Below are positions 38,591-52,090 of a stretch of 64,000 nucleotides of DNA, piece by piece. The notes beneath the pieces were generated by a model. The model ran no database searches, was not told the DNA's origin, and saw nothing but the letters and a program-made list of their open reading frames with translations. The position numbers were made by a program, and so were the translations under genes. The stretch is from Amphiscolops sp. MND2022 (Eukaryota), in contig OZ076409.1 in NCBI GenBank assembly GCA_964187785.1, positions 62,932,001 through 62,996,000 of the forward strand, read 5' to 3'. The first letter of the stretch is position 1. Each line of letters opens with the position of its first letter.

Positions 38591-41440
38591 CTAAGATGCC
38601 GCGTGGCCCGTACGACCGCAATTAATGCAAAATGTTACCGTTCCATGCACTGGTAGTGCCGCAGGCACAATGTCTTTGTTCACGTCGTAAGGGTTCGATG
38701 GACAATTCCATTCACCGACTGGGTTCGTTCGACATAAAATAATTAGTTTTTGCATAGGTTTTTGGGCGCGATCCTTCAGAGGGCAATCGGCTACAAAATG
38801 CGACGGGTCGCTACAACTGAGACACGCTCTAGGCCGTTGTTGTCGATAAGCCACCAGCTGCGGGGGTACCTGCTGCGCATTATGTACCGGCGGAGAAAAG
38901 GTCTGATGTTGAACTGGATTCGGTTGATTTTGCGGAGGAGCTGGTTGTTGCGGAGCTGCCTGGTAATGATCAGTGCGAACAGACCCACGCATACGCAGGT
39001 TTTGCTGCACCGTGATTATCAGCTTTTCCAGCGTGGGTGGTTCCTCAACGTAATTCTCTTGCGCATACATCAAAGCTAAGTTGCGTTTCAGTTCAAAGTT
39101 ACGAACTCCGTCAATGAATTTTTGCTCTTTTTCATAGCGTCGCACCGCTACTTCTTCAATCGGGAAGTCTTGGCTGCGCAAGCCCTCAAGGGCATCGAGG
39201 TATTGCATGTAGTCCTCATCACTAGTCTGGTTGCGTGTACGGATTAGTTGTTGTGTGTGTATCTTACTAGATCCTGTTCCAAACCGGCCCGCTAGCAGCG
39301 CGAAGGTTTTCTCGTCAGTGTCTCGCTCAGCCCCAGACTTATTCGTGATGTAAACTCTTGCTTCATTTTCTAAAAACTCAACTATAGTCCATGCTCTGTC
39401 TAAAGGAGTGTCTTTCGCGTGCACCTTCTCTAAGTAGCGCTTCAATAGCATCATCCAACCGTCAATGATGCCATCACACGTAACTCGATACTTGGTTGGC
39501 TTGTTCTTTGTTTCTTTTGCCGCCGACAGCTGTTTCAAACTTTTAGAAATTGCGGTGGTAATTGCTTCGGCAAGTGATGTCCATTATTTCTTTTTGGAAC
39601 GTCGTAATTTCGCACTTCCTCTCTTGTTTCCAGATTTACACTTTTTCGAGGTTGGCTTCCTTTGCGTGCTCGAGGCCAGTAGCCTTGAGGGGTTTTCTCC
39701 AAAGGAAAGCAACAGGTGCTTCGAGGTAGGATTTCACGAGGCTGCAGAATGATATTCGGTTCCTTCCGTCGCTGTACGATACTCCATGTCACTGGTCGTT
39801 CGGCCGCAGGCCACAGAGTATTAGTCTCTAGTCGTCGAATCCCCTCTGGCAAAAGGGTCGAAAAATGGCGATCCAGACACCTCGCAAAATCTTAAGTCGG
39901 TTTGAATAGCTCACGGGATTTGGCTATTCGCTGGCTTTTTTGTACATTGCAGGTGGTTGTAGCTTGGGTTGCATTGTTTGCTCGGACGGAGACTGATAGG
40001 TGGGCTGCTGTGTTGGGAACGCACTGGTAGAGGGTACATTCGCTGAGTTAAATACCACTTGCACTTGTGGAGTACGACTAGGTATCGCTGCGGTTTGCGT
40101 TACTACGGTTCTTTCCTTTTGTTAAGCCTTGCCTTGTAGTCATTAGGTCCACCATTTCTCATCAACATCTGTGTCTCGGCGATGCATCAAAACGGACATG
40201 AGCTTCCAGCGATCGTCAGCTTGCCGATCCCTTTCTGTCATGATTGCTGCCATTTCTGACATGCGCTTTTCAGTTACACCTTCTCGCTGTTTGAACAGGT
40301 CATTGATCGAGGCGATTGAAGACTCGAGTTTGCCTTGACTGATAGGTCCCTCCATCTGCATTTCTACCAAACCTTTTCGCATCTCATCCATTTCCTTCAT
40401 CAAGACTTCAGCTCGCTGAGCATGGTCGTTGTTCTCTTGCATCAGCTTAGCAAGCACTTGTTTCAACTGTGCTAAACTTTTTCCGAAGTCTTCTTTTATG
40501 GCTTCTGTCTCCTGGATGCTTCTGGTAATCGAACTTGGGGAAGCAACACCAACCAATCCTTATTGTTGGCTAGTTACCATGCGTTCTAGTTGTAGTGTGC
40601 TAGGATCTTACAGTGGTGGTGTGGCGACGGTATCGTTCTGGGGTTCACCTGTTTTTTGTTTTTCGCTTTCCCAGCTGATTTCCAGAAAACGTAACAGCAG
40701 TGCCTACAAAGTTGTTATCGTTAGCACTAAACACTGGAACTCCGGAACCCTTCTACCTGAAGTTTAGGTAGACCTACCTAAGGTTGGGTTCTACCTTCAT
40801 TAGGTCCACCTTTTCTTATCAACATCTGTGTCTCGGCGATGCATCAAAACGGACATGAGCCTCCAGCGATCGTCAGCTTGCCGATCCCTTTCTGTCATGA
40901 TTGCTGCCATTTCTGACATACGCTTTTCAGTTACACCTTCTCGCTGTTTGAACAGGTCATTGATCGAGGCGATTGAAGACACGAGTTTGCCTTGACTGAT
41001 GCGTCCCTCCATCTGCATTTCTACCAAACCCTTTCGCACCTCATCCATTTCCTTCATCAAGACTTCAGCTCGCTGAGCATGGTCGTTGTTCTCTTGCATC
41101 AGCTTAGCAAGCACTTGTTTCAACTGTGCTAAACTTTTTCCGAAGTCTTCTTTTATGGCTTCTGTCTCCTGGATCCTGGATGCTTCTGGTAATCGAACTT
41201 GGGGACGCGACACCAACCAATCCTTATTGTTGGCTAGTTACCATGCGTTCTAGTCGTAGTGTGCTAGGATCTTTCAGTGGTGGTGTGGCGACGGTATCGT
41301 TCTGGGGTTCACCTCTTTTTTGTTTTTCGCTTTCCCAGCTGATTTCCAGAAAACGTAATAGCAGTGCCTACAAAGTTGTTATCGTTAGCACTAAACACTG
41401 GAACTCCGGAACCCTTCTAGACGTCCTAGCTACCTGAAGT
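38591..41440 (-). pseudogene. gag: gag region of element C with a duplicated N-terminal coiled-coil segment
   Basis: ORF 38591-39538 with knuckles CLSCSDPSHFVADC and CINCGRTGH; upstream coiled-coil ORFs 40143-40556 and 40800-41216. Confidence 0.85.
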
Positions 41441-41442
41441 TT
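40141..41442. repeat. Tandem duplication of about 630-645 bp (40141-40765 and 40798-41442)
   Basis: Both copies begin CATTAGGTCCACC, end CTACCTGAAGTTT and are near-identical. Confidence 0.92.
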
Positions 41443-43222
41443 TGTATGCGAGCGTGAGATATACCCACGAAACAGAAAAACAAAACGGTTGGGTGACCGT
41501 GGCTATTTTCAATAACCCGAATTGGCAAAATTATGATGTACCCTCAATGTCACTTTTTTGGGTCTAAATTCACAAAAAAGAAAATTTCTCTACGATGGAC
41601 AGTAGCAAGCTGCTCAAAATGCACAAATAGTCGGAATCTAATGCCGTACGTACGAAAATGCAAGAATTTCAGCGCGGGGTACCTTCAAGGTATTGCACTT
41701 TGCTCAACTAAAATTCGATTTTTTTCGACATTTTCGTACGATTGTTGAGCAAAACTGCGGCTAAGATTTCTCAACCTCTAGTAATGCTAGCACTACAATA
41801 ATTACACCACCAACGTAACTTTTTGTGGTCTACACGATGGTGCACTCTATTCGGAGATGCTCTTAAAAGTAGAGAATTCGACCTGTCTCAGAGACGGTAT
41901 TCCAGTGTTCCGAAAGTGTCGCAAGAATAACACGTTTCTCGGCAACCACTGATCAGAATTACTCGCGGTTTTCTGCCTAAGCAACGTTCTGCTCTGTATT
42001 AATAGAAAAAAGGCAAGCAACACTTGGCAGAATCCAAATAAGGTCTCTCAAAAATTTCCCAAGTTGTACTTTTTACCCTCTTGGAACAGTATTGAAAATA
42101 CGTATTTTCACCAAGAATTTTTATTTTTTTTTGATCCCAGGCGTTCTGAATGGATTTAACAGCAGTGTAAGAAAGTGTAAAAACTTCATTCAGGGGACTG
42201 GGGTGGCTTCAATCAATTAATAGTTTTGTTTTTATACCGCTCAGGTCTATGGGGTCCTCTATTAAGGTATATGTATAACAAAAGAAAAGCAAGGGTTAAT
42301 GTTTGAGAGAAAGAAGCTGTTGAATTATCAATTTATATTGGGGAAGGCTGAAAAATGTCTTGGCAGTAGTGTTTTGTGCTAGCAAGCTCGGGAACAAGGT
42401 TTTGGGCGGCTCTAAAAGCTTGGGAACAAACGCCCAAAGCTTCGCACTCACCAAATTTTGTCTTTTAGGCCACATTTGATGTTTTTTTTATAACACAAAT
42501 CGCTGAATTTTTCAATGTTATCACAATTCGGCCAAGTAAAGTTGTCTGTTCCTGACCTGTTAGGTCTAATGGAACGTTTTTATCAAATTATCATTGGCCG
42601 TACCGTTTTCTACAAAATTTTGACCTCCAAACTCGATAAAATTGACTTTTGCGCTATATAGGGAAGTATAATCAAAGATATCGCGCTCAAATTTTGTAAC
42701 AATCGGTCTCAATACCCGCCGGGTATTTTTCCTAGTTCGTTTACGTGGAAATAGACCTGGGAGTACGCTTTTTGCGCCAGACAACACGATAGGAAGCGAT
42801 AGAACCAAATGGAGGTGGTGATACTGCATTCAATGGGGGATGGGAGGTGTGATCGTCGCGTCTTCGCGCCAGCTAGCGGGAACCTTCCGTACACGCCCGT
42901 CGTCTCGGTCTCCATACATTGCAATTATGGTGAAATAGAGCTACAGAACCCTTTAAAACCAGTTCCGGATGAGCAGGATTAACTTTTTCAACAGGTATGG
43001 TAGAGGCAAAACGGTACACTGTCTGAAACCGTCTATTTCTTGCTCCAGACCTCGGAAACATGCAGGAAATGCAGCAAACACTCTAGTTCAAAGCCTAAAG
43101 GGCTAGAAAAAAAGCAATAAAGACAATCTAGGACTCTCCAAAAAGTTTTTCCTAGATCCGGACCTCAGAACAGGGCCGGAAATTAAGAAACACTCCAAGT
43201 ATGACACAAAAATGGAAAAAAT

Positions 43223-43242
43223 GTCCCTCTTGTGGGGCGCCA
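43223..43242 (-). promoter_or_regulatory. Possible primer-binding site of element C (tRNA-Lys-like)
   Basis: - strand TGGCGCCCCACAAGAGGGAC resembles TGGCGCCCGAACAGGGAC, but lies 16 nt from the LTR edge. Confidence 0.45.
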
Positions 43243-43258
43243 TAAAAACTCTTCCAGA

Positions 43259-43959
43259 TTTAATGTCAAGCTAGCAGCTTCATCATAGAGACGGAACGAT
43301 GCCTACAGGAGACCGTTGCCTTAACACAACCTAGACACTAGTTTTTGGTCCCAAAGCGTTCTCCTAGGAGACTTTTCCAAACGTCTTAGGAGACTCCTCA
43401 TATGAGAGCTCCGTGGCGACGTGCCGGCGCACTCAAAGTCCGGACACGTCCCACAAGCCTGTAAAAACATTCCTCAATCTTTCTGCGAGTTCCTACATAC
43501 TTCCGAGATCCAAAAAGGGTATGTAGCTGAAATACATTGTATTTGGGGAATAAGGACTAAAATCAAGACCTAGCAGGTCACACATCGTCCAAATACCTGC
43601 AAACGGCAACAAAAACATAGAGATGAGCTCAATTAACATTACAGTTCGAGTTTGATCAGTTCCTGGCATCGGGCATCATTCTACATCTTCGGGGTAAAAT
43701 GGTCTATTTTGGCATTTCTCTGGTGCAAATGCACACCAGTGGGTATTGCTCTGTCGCTGTTTCCAGATATTTTCGAACGTCTGCTTCTACAGGTTTTTCA
43801 GTCTCTTCGGGGAGGGTTGAGGGGTCTCGTGTGTGTTTTTTGTCACTTCTCTGTGATTTGAGGGACCTGCCAGGTCGGTCCTTTTGACTCGCATGTTTTT
43901 TGCCTCTACATCGAAATTTTGGGGTCATCAAAATTTTGGATTGGATGCCTAACGTTACA
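43259..43959 (-). repeat. 5' LTR of element C
   Basis: Direct repeat of 30657-31366; ends ACGTTACA at 43959. Confidence 0.92.
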
Positions 43960-44650
43960 TGTGACAGGTGTCACTTATTTACCTTTTTCCCGCGTTGAGT
44001 TAAGCATAACAGGTGTTAAGTGAATCCTCAGTGCTTTCGTTCCAAAGTTTCAGCCTATCATTGGTCACCAAACTAAAAGTGCTTAACAATCAGCATACGA
44101 GTGAGTTAGCAAATAAGATTCACGAACGACGTTTTCAAATTTAACAAATGCTGACCAAAGAATGCTATATGTACACAACATCGTATGTGGCGTTCGCTTA
44201 CACTTTCATTCAAGGTACCATTTCGTTCACAATAGTCGAGATTTGCTGCAAGCTAATCAATTTTTTTATGTTCAATTTCATTTGTTTCATTTAACGCGGA
44301 AACTGTGTATACTTCAACATAGAAGTAACTGCCCGATCTATTCTACAACTGTATAGTTGTATTTAGAGTCACTTAGATCCGAATTCAATTACGGTACAGA
44401 ATCAAGTTTTGTGCTTAAAATTACGTTCTCACAGGTTACCAAAGTAGAAAATCGACAATTGTTGGCGTATTTCTTTACCTCTGACTTTTCGTTTCTCAAG
44501 AAAACAAAAGGCAGTTTTCTCGTTTTGGATGATAGGCTAAAAAAATAACTTTGTCTTCGAACGCTGTGACCCGCCACCATTTCGAACCTACGTTTCGTAT
44601 TCTACGAACCTAATTTCGTAGCCCTTGAATTCGGTGGAGGAACCTGTAAA
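43960..44650 (+). repeat. Probable 3' LTR of host element E
   Basis: Starts TGTGACAGG and ends CCTGTAAA (imperfect inverted termini); joins to the purine tract at 30641-30653 when C is removed; no partner LTR found. Confidence 0.35.
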
Positions 44651-44661
44651 TTTCATATATA

Positions 44662-45442
44662 CAGTACTGTGATTAACAAAACGTCCTGCGGGACGATTTT
44701 AGGCTCGATTTTCTCAAAATTGGTTGAGAATTTTTCAAAACATCAGAAATAAAAGTTTCTTAGAATTTAATATAGTTTACATTAGTGTTTTTAAATTTTT
44801 CTGGGGTGAAAATTGAGAAAGTTACATATATGCATATATGTACATATATGCATGGAAACGGCATGAAGTTATCGTATGGAACCATATGGTTCCATGCATG
44901 AAATCGCTTGGAAGACTTAAGAATTTGGATCCGGGTATAGATGATTTTGAGCAAATTTGGGACTTTTTTCCGTTTTTCCAATTTTTGACCGTTTTATCCA
45001 CAGCTTGTTTGGCAAGTTTTATGCTCAAATAACTCGCACAGATCTACTGAATCTATGGATATTTTTCGATTTCAAAAATTATCAACCGTATTCGCAATTT
45101 CATGCTCGAAAGGTAAAATTTCGTCGATTTACATGTATTAAGATAAGAAATGAACGTTTCGCGGCGAAAACCTGTGATAATTTTTTCATTTAGAATGTTT
45201 TTTGGAACAAAAAATATATCAGTGATTTCTATACGATCTGCAGAATTCGATGAATTAAAAATTTTCAAAGAAGTATTTCAAAAACCTGCCGAAAACTGGG
45301 AAAATAGCAGAAGTGTTCTTTCTGCGGCTGAGATTTCACTTGATGCGGCAATCAGAATTGAAAATGAGAGCAAATAAGCAATTCTAGTTGGTTGATAACG
45401 ACGTTCAGCGCATAGGGGGACGATTTTTTAATCACTGGACTG
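44662..45442. mobile_element. Non-autonomous Tc1/mariner-type element (MITE)
   Basis: Imperfect TIRs CAGTACTGTGATTAACAAAACGTCC / CAGTCCAGTGATTAAAAAATCGTCC with TA on both flanks; no transposase. Confidence 0.8.
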
Positions 45443-46075
45443 TACTTTTGGATCATAACTAAATGAAGGAAAAATGCAAGTACGTTTTAGCTTTGTTGTA
45501 TTCCTTGATAATATCTCAATAAAAGAATGTTAAGCTGAATGTTCTATTCCGTATTGTAGTATAATAAAGTTCATGTGAATAGGTCAGCTTCTAGATGTTT
45601 AGTTTGTAGCTATTGGCAGGTATTAAAGTGTCATTAGCTAAATGTAATTTAAGTGGCAGTAAGTGCATGATTGACATCATGTCACAAGCTTTGTCCTCGT
45701 TTGGTGAAGAATTGATTTTGATTTTAAAGTTTTCTCTTTGTTTTCGAATGATTTGAAGCATCCCTTGCGGCAAATATGCTTTTCGAATCTGTTGAAAAAC
45801 GTTACTCATAATTTTCAAATTTGGAGAAGCACTCTTTGGCGCAATGTTTTCATGTAATCCTAGTTGATCACGTTCGAGTTGCTGTTCAACTTGGTGACCG
45901 CAATAGATGCAATTCTACAAAACTATTTCAAAAATTGAAGAAAGATTTTCTCATACACTATGGTAGCAAAAAGCGACGTACAGCTGAAAATTAAATCTTA
46001 TTCAGTTTGTGAAGAACTTTTTTCATTCTCAACCGGAAGTGAAATCAATCACTCTTGAATTAAACATTGTTGAAA

Positions 46076-47576
46076 ATGGTCAAACCTTTGGATTCATACG
46101 TTGTTTGCAAAATCGTTACACTTCGCGAAATGGGTTTATCATACAAAGAAATTAAAGAAAAGTTGGGTCTTAAATCTCGATCGACAGCTCAAACAGCTTA
46201 TCAGCGTTTTTTGAGAACGAACTCTTATGTGGCGAAAAAACCTCCAGGCCGGCCAGAAAAGCTCAGCGAAAAAGAGCGAAGACTAATAGTTCGAAGAGTG
46301 GAAAAAGACCCAAAAACAACATTAGAACGAGTAAGAGTACTGCAAAACTCTTTTTCAACGTCAAAGACAGTTTCTAAATGCACTATTCGAAGAATCCTGA
46401 AGAAGTACGGAATTGTTTCTAGAAAAGCCGCAAAAAAGTTTAACTTGAACAAAAAACAAAGGCTGGTCAGAAAACGCTGGTGCTCGAGGATGTTGAAAAA
46501 GCCCCTTGGTTTTTATCCAGCGTCAATTTTCACCGAAAATGGGAAAAAGTTATGGAATTTTTTTGAAAGAAAAAATATTTGAGAAAAATCTCAAAGTGCC
46601 GAAACAACCAAAACGAAATAAAAAATTTTATCAAATCAAACACTTTGGTAGAGTGAACTAATAGCGCTTTTGATGGTGCTGTCATAGATACAAGACGAGA
46701 ACATCTAAATTCGGCGCTAAACCTAAGGCTCAAAAAGCGCAAAGTGTAGAAACTCTGCTCAGAACTTTTATGAAAAGACAAAAAACCTCAAAACACCAAA
46801 ATATCAAAGTTTGAAAGGGGACCCTTTAGTCTCGTTCGGTTTCGTATGTTACGTTAAAAAAGAGAAAATGAGAGGGGGGACCTTCTGCACTTCCTTAGAT
46901 GCATATTCGCTGGCCAGATTTGGGTGTTATTGTAAGCTTGAAGAAGGTTGTTTTTGTTTCACTCGAACTGTTGCATTTTTGTTCTGAAATTCGGCTGGAT
47001 GGAAACTAGGCTTCTGGGAAAACGTCGTATTCTCAGACGAAACCCGTGTGCGCTTGAATAGTGATGGCGTTGTGCGGGTGTTCAGGAAAACTGGTCGTCG
47101 CTTTTGCCCGAAAAACACAGGGAATACGCACAGACAAAAGATCTATGATGTTTTGGGGGGCCATCAGATCAGATGGTAGGAAAATGCTAATTAAATGTCC
47201 CGCAACACTCAACAGTTACGGATATTTGGAGATTTTAAAGCAATACGATCGACATTTGAATATACCGGATTTGGTGTTCCAGCAAGACAACGCCCCAGTA
47301 CACAAAAGTGAAGTTGTTCGCAATTTTCTGGCCCAAGAGCAATGGGAGGTGCTGGATTGGCCAGCTTACAGTCCTGACCTGAATCCTATTGAAAATATTT
47401 GGGCCATTTTTAAAAAAAGCTTGCGAGGTCAGATTGTTACCTGGGAGAATTTAGAAGAAAAGGTTATGGAAGTGTGGAACAACATAAACCCTGATGTTGT
47501 TCGCAACTTGTACTCATCGTATGAGAATCGCCTGGTTAAGGTAATCAAAAACCATGGTAGTTTGACGGGATATTGA
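46076..47576 (+). pseudogene. Tc1 DD34E transposase, interrupted by an insertion and a frameshift
   Basis: Paired HTH with GRPEKL, VVFSDE, FQQDNAPVH, WPAYSPDLNPIE; 34 residues between D and E. Confidence 0.95.
46509..47006. mobile_element. About 500-bp MITE inserted in the Tc1 transposase
   Basis: Imperfect TIR GTTTTTATCCAGC / GTTTCCATCCAGC; removing it restores KPLGFWENVVFSDE; flanks TTG/TAG. Confidence 0.75.
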
Positions 47577-48277
47577 TTTATTATTTGTTTCAACAGTTGT
47601 TTCAAATTTTACTGTCTGAGTTTTTTAAAAAAATGTTGGTGTACGTAGCTTTTTGATACCATAGTGTATTACCTAGAGCCCAAGTTTTTGCATTTTGTGA
47701 CCTTTCATACATTCAAAAGTCTTTAGGCCAACTGAGATTTCACTATAGTTTTCGTTTCTAAAGTTATTGTTCACTAATGATATGCCTACTTCAAAACGTA
47801 CTTATAGGCTTTGTTGTGAAGAGCATCAAAAGGGCCCAAAGGGTCCACTTTGATTTTTACGTTGATAATTAAGTTGCAGAACTGCATGAGACAATAAAAT
47901 TAATGTTTCACCAAAGGCTCGTTCTGATTTCAAATGTTTCGACTGGGGAAGAAGCTTCTTCGTGTTTGGCTTTTACTATTCTAAAAAATTCTCTCCGAAA
48001 AGGCTTCTTCCTTATTCAAAAGATTTTGCGCTCGTCGATGACTTGAGCAATGTTTTCTGTTTTCTTTGGCAGAATTTTTTATCACGGTTGGCAAAAAAGC
48101 TGTTTCAACTGTGGTTTTCGTGGTCAAATTTTTTTCAGGCAACTTTGAGAACGCCAATGCATTTTGACAAAATCTTTCGGGAGTTTGCGAATGCAGTTAG
48201 TGGTGTTCGTATGTGCGGGTTGTTCGTGAGCGTGCTTGTACTTTATATCACTGTGGGTAACGAGTATGAAGCTTCGT

Positions 48278-48425
48278 AGTAAGATTCGATCTTGGGATAA
48301 TGATAAAACTCAAGTAGGATTTAGTAAGAATCTTGCCATAGAATCCATTGTTGCCAGGTTGTAGTAATAACTTGGCAAGTTCTTGTCATGGCAGCCAGGA
48401 TACTAGAAAGAGGGCCAACATGGGT
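48278..48425 (-). repeat. Short interspersed repeat, copy 2 (same family as 8138-8270)
   Basis: Reverse-complement similarity to 8138-8270. Confidence 0.7.
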
Positions 48426-51400
48426 TCCCATGCAAAACTGCTCGAAATCTACATTGCTTCGAAGTCAACGACTATGCATGAAGAAAAACTTCAATGCAAG
48501 AAACGCTCATCTACGGTTTCCTTCAGTTACACTAGTGAAGAGGTGAAAATATTTTCCAAGAAATACGTGCGTCACTTCCTTCTTTAAAAATATCTCATGG
48601 TTATATGCATTTTATTACAATTTCAAGATTTTTTTGCACTTTTTAAACATCTATCAGTGAAATTTTCCGCTTTTCTGACCTGTCGCCATTCCGGCGACAA
48701 ATAATTGCATTGGTGCCTTTAAATATCTCCTTCCCTGCATTTTTGCAGACTTGCGTATGTGTATTTATAGCTTTTCTTGTTTATCTTAGAGTGCCGCTTT
48801 ACTTCCACATGCTCCGTTAATCAGGTTTTTCTGCGAAGGTAGTGTGGCATGTAAAAGTGAGAACATGTCTCATTTAATTTGATTAAAAGTGCTCCGAACA
48901 AGTTGTAAGAACTGCCTCCTGTCGTGCAAATACGTCCCAAAGAGGATGTAGGGTATATAAAGTAGGCTTGGAAGTGTTAAAAACAAGGACATGGGAATAG
49001 CGCAATGCTTGACGCTGCAAGTGTACGCATTTTGATATATTCTGTCAATAGATTTCAACGCGCACGCCATTGTCCTTGAGTTCTACAGACCAAATACCAC
49101 TCCTGGTTGATCAATGGTAGAACGAGCACGTTCTCAAGCCGCTATTTCAACATATCTTTCCCTATTTCAACACCTCAAAGCATCATCTTTTGGCGGCAAT
49201 TTCCCAAAACGGCAGTAATGCAGGTACACACCTTTCTATTTACGGGTCATTGCGTTAGTTTATTAGAAGCCGCTTTTGACAGAATGAGGCTTAATTGAGG
49301 TAACAGAAGTACATCTGTACCATATGGTCTTAGAAGTAATGACGGCTAATTGCGCCCAAAATTACCATTGACTGTCAATATAACAAGCACAGCGTCAGGA
49401 AAAAAGATTAGTATTTTGTTGCTAATAAGCATAGACGGTCCGTGCACTTTATAATACCACGTATACTCAATCTAAAAACTGAAATCAAGAATGTAAAAAA
49501 AGATATAGTACAAATTAATTTTCGTCTTCAGCGCCGAAATACAATTGGCTCAAAATTTGCTTTATTTTTGCCGTCGTCGTAAACGCGTCTTTTGAAAAAT
49601 TGTATAAAAATTTGCTCGGCTGGGAAGTAAGCGCGGTTTGACAGCGAGTAAAAATAGAGCGAAGCCGACAGAATGAAAAAAGTGGAAATATAGAGCCGCG
49701 TGGTTGGGATGATTTGAGTTGATTCGATTTGCGGAGACGTGAAAAAAGTGAAAGAGGGACCGATTTCTGATAAAGCGCCGACTGGGAAAACAAGCAAGAA
49801 ACAAGCTGAGTACGAGGAAAAGAAAGAAATTATAAAAACAAACTGCTTGTATCAAATGTTGGTATTAAATGTGAAAATTAACCTCACTTGATAACTCAAA
49901 TTTTTGCCTAATAATTCCCTTTTCCTTACCGGCCGCCGCCGCGTAACTTTTCAAGTATAGTAACCTAAATCCACTCTCGCCTAACAATTGTCTGAGTTCT
50001 CAAAGGATAGACTTGCCATCTGATTACTATCGACCGGGCCTTTGAACGCGCAATTTGCAACCAAATTCGATGGATTGTTGTTGCATCTTGTTTTAATCTA
50101 CTCGGTCATTTGACGCCTTGCGACTTTATCTACCACTACATTTGTTTTTTTTATAAACTATTCAGAAAGTTTTCTTCTAATGGACTATTAAAGAGATGTC
50201 CCCTGAACTACAAAAGTTGCCCCCAAATATTACAAAAAACTGGCATGACAGACAACATTACAATAGTTATGGAAATCGCCGGGTTTTAGCCAGTCACAGA
50301 ATTTGAAAAGACAGTTTCCATGAACGCCTGGCCAGCTTCAGTTTTGGAAAAATTGTTTTTCCTGGTTCAACTGTTGCCACTATGCTGTTTTTATTCCCAA
50401 AAGGAATCTTTTCAAGCCAGTTATTTCTCGTTAGCGATTTAATTCCCGGCGCATCACAGTTACTTTTCCTTTCTTGCGTTGATTGAATTTGCACCATTAA
50501 ATTGTGTTAGACGCTTCATTTTGCAAACACACATTTATTTCGGCCAAAATTTACCTCTCGATGGTTGTGAATTTTACCTGGCGGATTGCGACACAGAGAG
50601 TACAGTATTCCCTGGTCGTATCCTGGATTGCGCAATTTTAGAGTTCACTCGACCGATATAAAGAATTCCACCTCCCAAGATAATCAAGTCAACTCCTAGC
50701 CATCCTTTGTTGCTTCCCGCACCCTATAATTCTATCTTTTACCACAACCAACATCCAAAAAATAACTCTTCCTCGACCACTTTACCTCACTTTTCACTAG
50801 CATCAACTTATTTATTGAGTCAACGTCAAAATGCCGGCTTTTCCTTTACTTTTCAAAAAACTTTACTTTTCAAAAAATTTTGTATTCAAGCATCACGGTC
50901 GTTAAATTAGAATTGTATTATTTAAAATTTCCACCAATTTCACAGAATTTGTGAAACTTTTTTGCTTTATGGATTCCTCAATTGAAGGACTGCCCGCCAC
51001 GGCCTTAGTTTTAATCACGACAGTTCTCTCCTGTACTCAATGGGTTCATGCTGCTTTCTCAACAGGTAATTACAACAATTTAGTAATAGTTCAGCAATTT
51101 ATAAGTTATAACTTAATTTGAGAATTTGAGTTAACACCAAGGTTTGCTGAGTTTTGTTTCAACCTCGTTTGAAATTAACTTTTGGTGACCAAATTTATTT
51201 CATGTTTTCAATGAACATTTCTTTTAAAGAAATAGGATTGTAGAAGACCTATATACTTTGCAGCGCAACAATTATATTCAGATTGACTTTGAATAATCCT
51301 TCGATTGTTTTTCGAACTGAGGATTGAAAATCATTTTGAGGATTCGTTAGAACGTCTAGATTTCAAAATTATATAAAAAATACAATTACAATGTCTTTTT

Positions 51401-51849
51401 GGGTATAGAGACTATTTTTTTAACAAATCAAACTTTGATTCATTGATTTACCACGATGGTACCAAATCTTTGCAGTATAGTATCGTGTCAAAGTCAAGAT
51501 TAATATCCTGACATCAAAATGCAATCCATTGAGGTCGTGCCCAGAAGTATGCCCAGAAGTCCATCAAAATGCTAATTATGTTGGCATGCTTCTATCAAGT
51601 CTCCAAATACTTGGAGCATTCAATAGAGTCAATCTAAAATTTGGGTCGAAATGATAAAAACAAAGTAAATGGAAAACACGCGTAAAAATAGATCAAAATT
51701 TCAAATGATTTTATAAAAAGTTTATGCAAACAGCAGCAATCAACTTTTGGGTTTTGTTTAAATGACTATATGGCTACTTATTCACAAATGTTTCGTGTTT
51801 ATCGGCCAAGGCAATTGCCTAAAGTTGTAAAAAAGAAAAATAGCTTCGG

Positions 51850-52090
51850 TATCATTGAAGAAGCCTTTCAAATTTCCAATCAAGTATTATTTGAATGAAG
51901 GCCAATTTCCAGATGTTTTTTTAAAAGCAGAATTTATATCCATTTCCCAAAGTGGAGTTCTTGAAGATTCAGTAGAAATGGAAACTAATTTCGATTAAAC
52001 GTACAAAGGAAAACTTCTGTAAAAATCGAAAAAGAGTACTAAGTTACCTAAAAGAAATTTTAATAGATATGTGTCAGTTCGCTGGTCCTA
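51850..52090 (+). pseudogene. Remnant of a non-LTR retrotransposon (CR1/L2/Jockey-like) reverse transcriptase N-terminus
   Basis: Frameshifted YLNEGQFPDVF.KAEFISISQSG...LISI...KRVLSYLKEILIDMCQF resembles the G.FP..K.A.V.PI.K.G..NYRPIS...L...QFGF motif. Confidence 0.55.

Larger units (their letters stand above)
30657..43959 (-). mobile_element. Full-length degenerate Ty3/Gypsy element C (13.3 kb), same family as A
   Basis: Two LTRs, PPT, gag-PR-RT(YIDD)-RH-IN on the - strand; protein-level homology with A. Confidence 0.95.
45956..47666 (+). mobile_element. Tc1-family DNA transposon
   Basis: TIRs CACTATGGTAGCAAAAAGCGACGTAC / CACTATGGTATCAAAAAGCTACGTAC; TA target duplication. Confidence 0.95.

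Noticed and set aside
45590..45950. - strand open stretch next to the Tc1 element
   Set aside because: No recognisable homology or consistent splice structure
48640..49300. Possible decayed transposase or exon fragments
   Set aside because: All frames are interrupted and no diagnostic motif is recognisable
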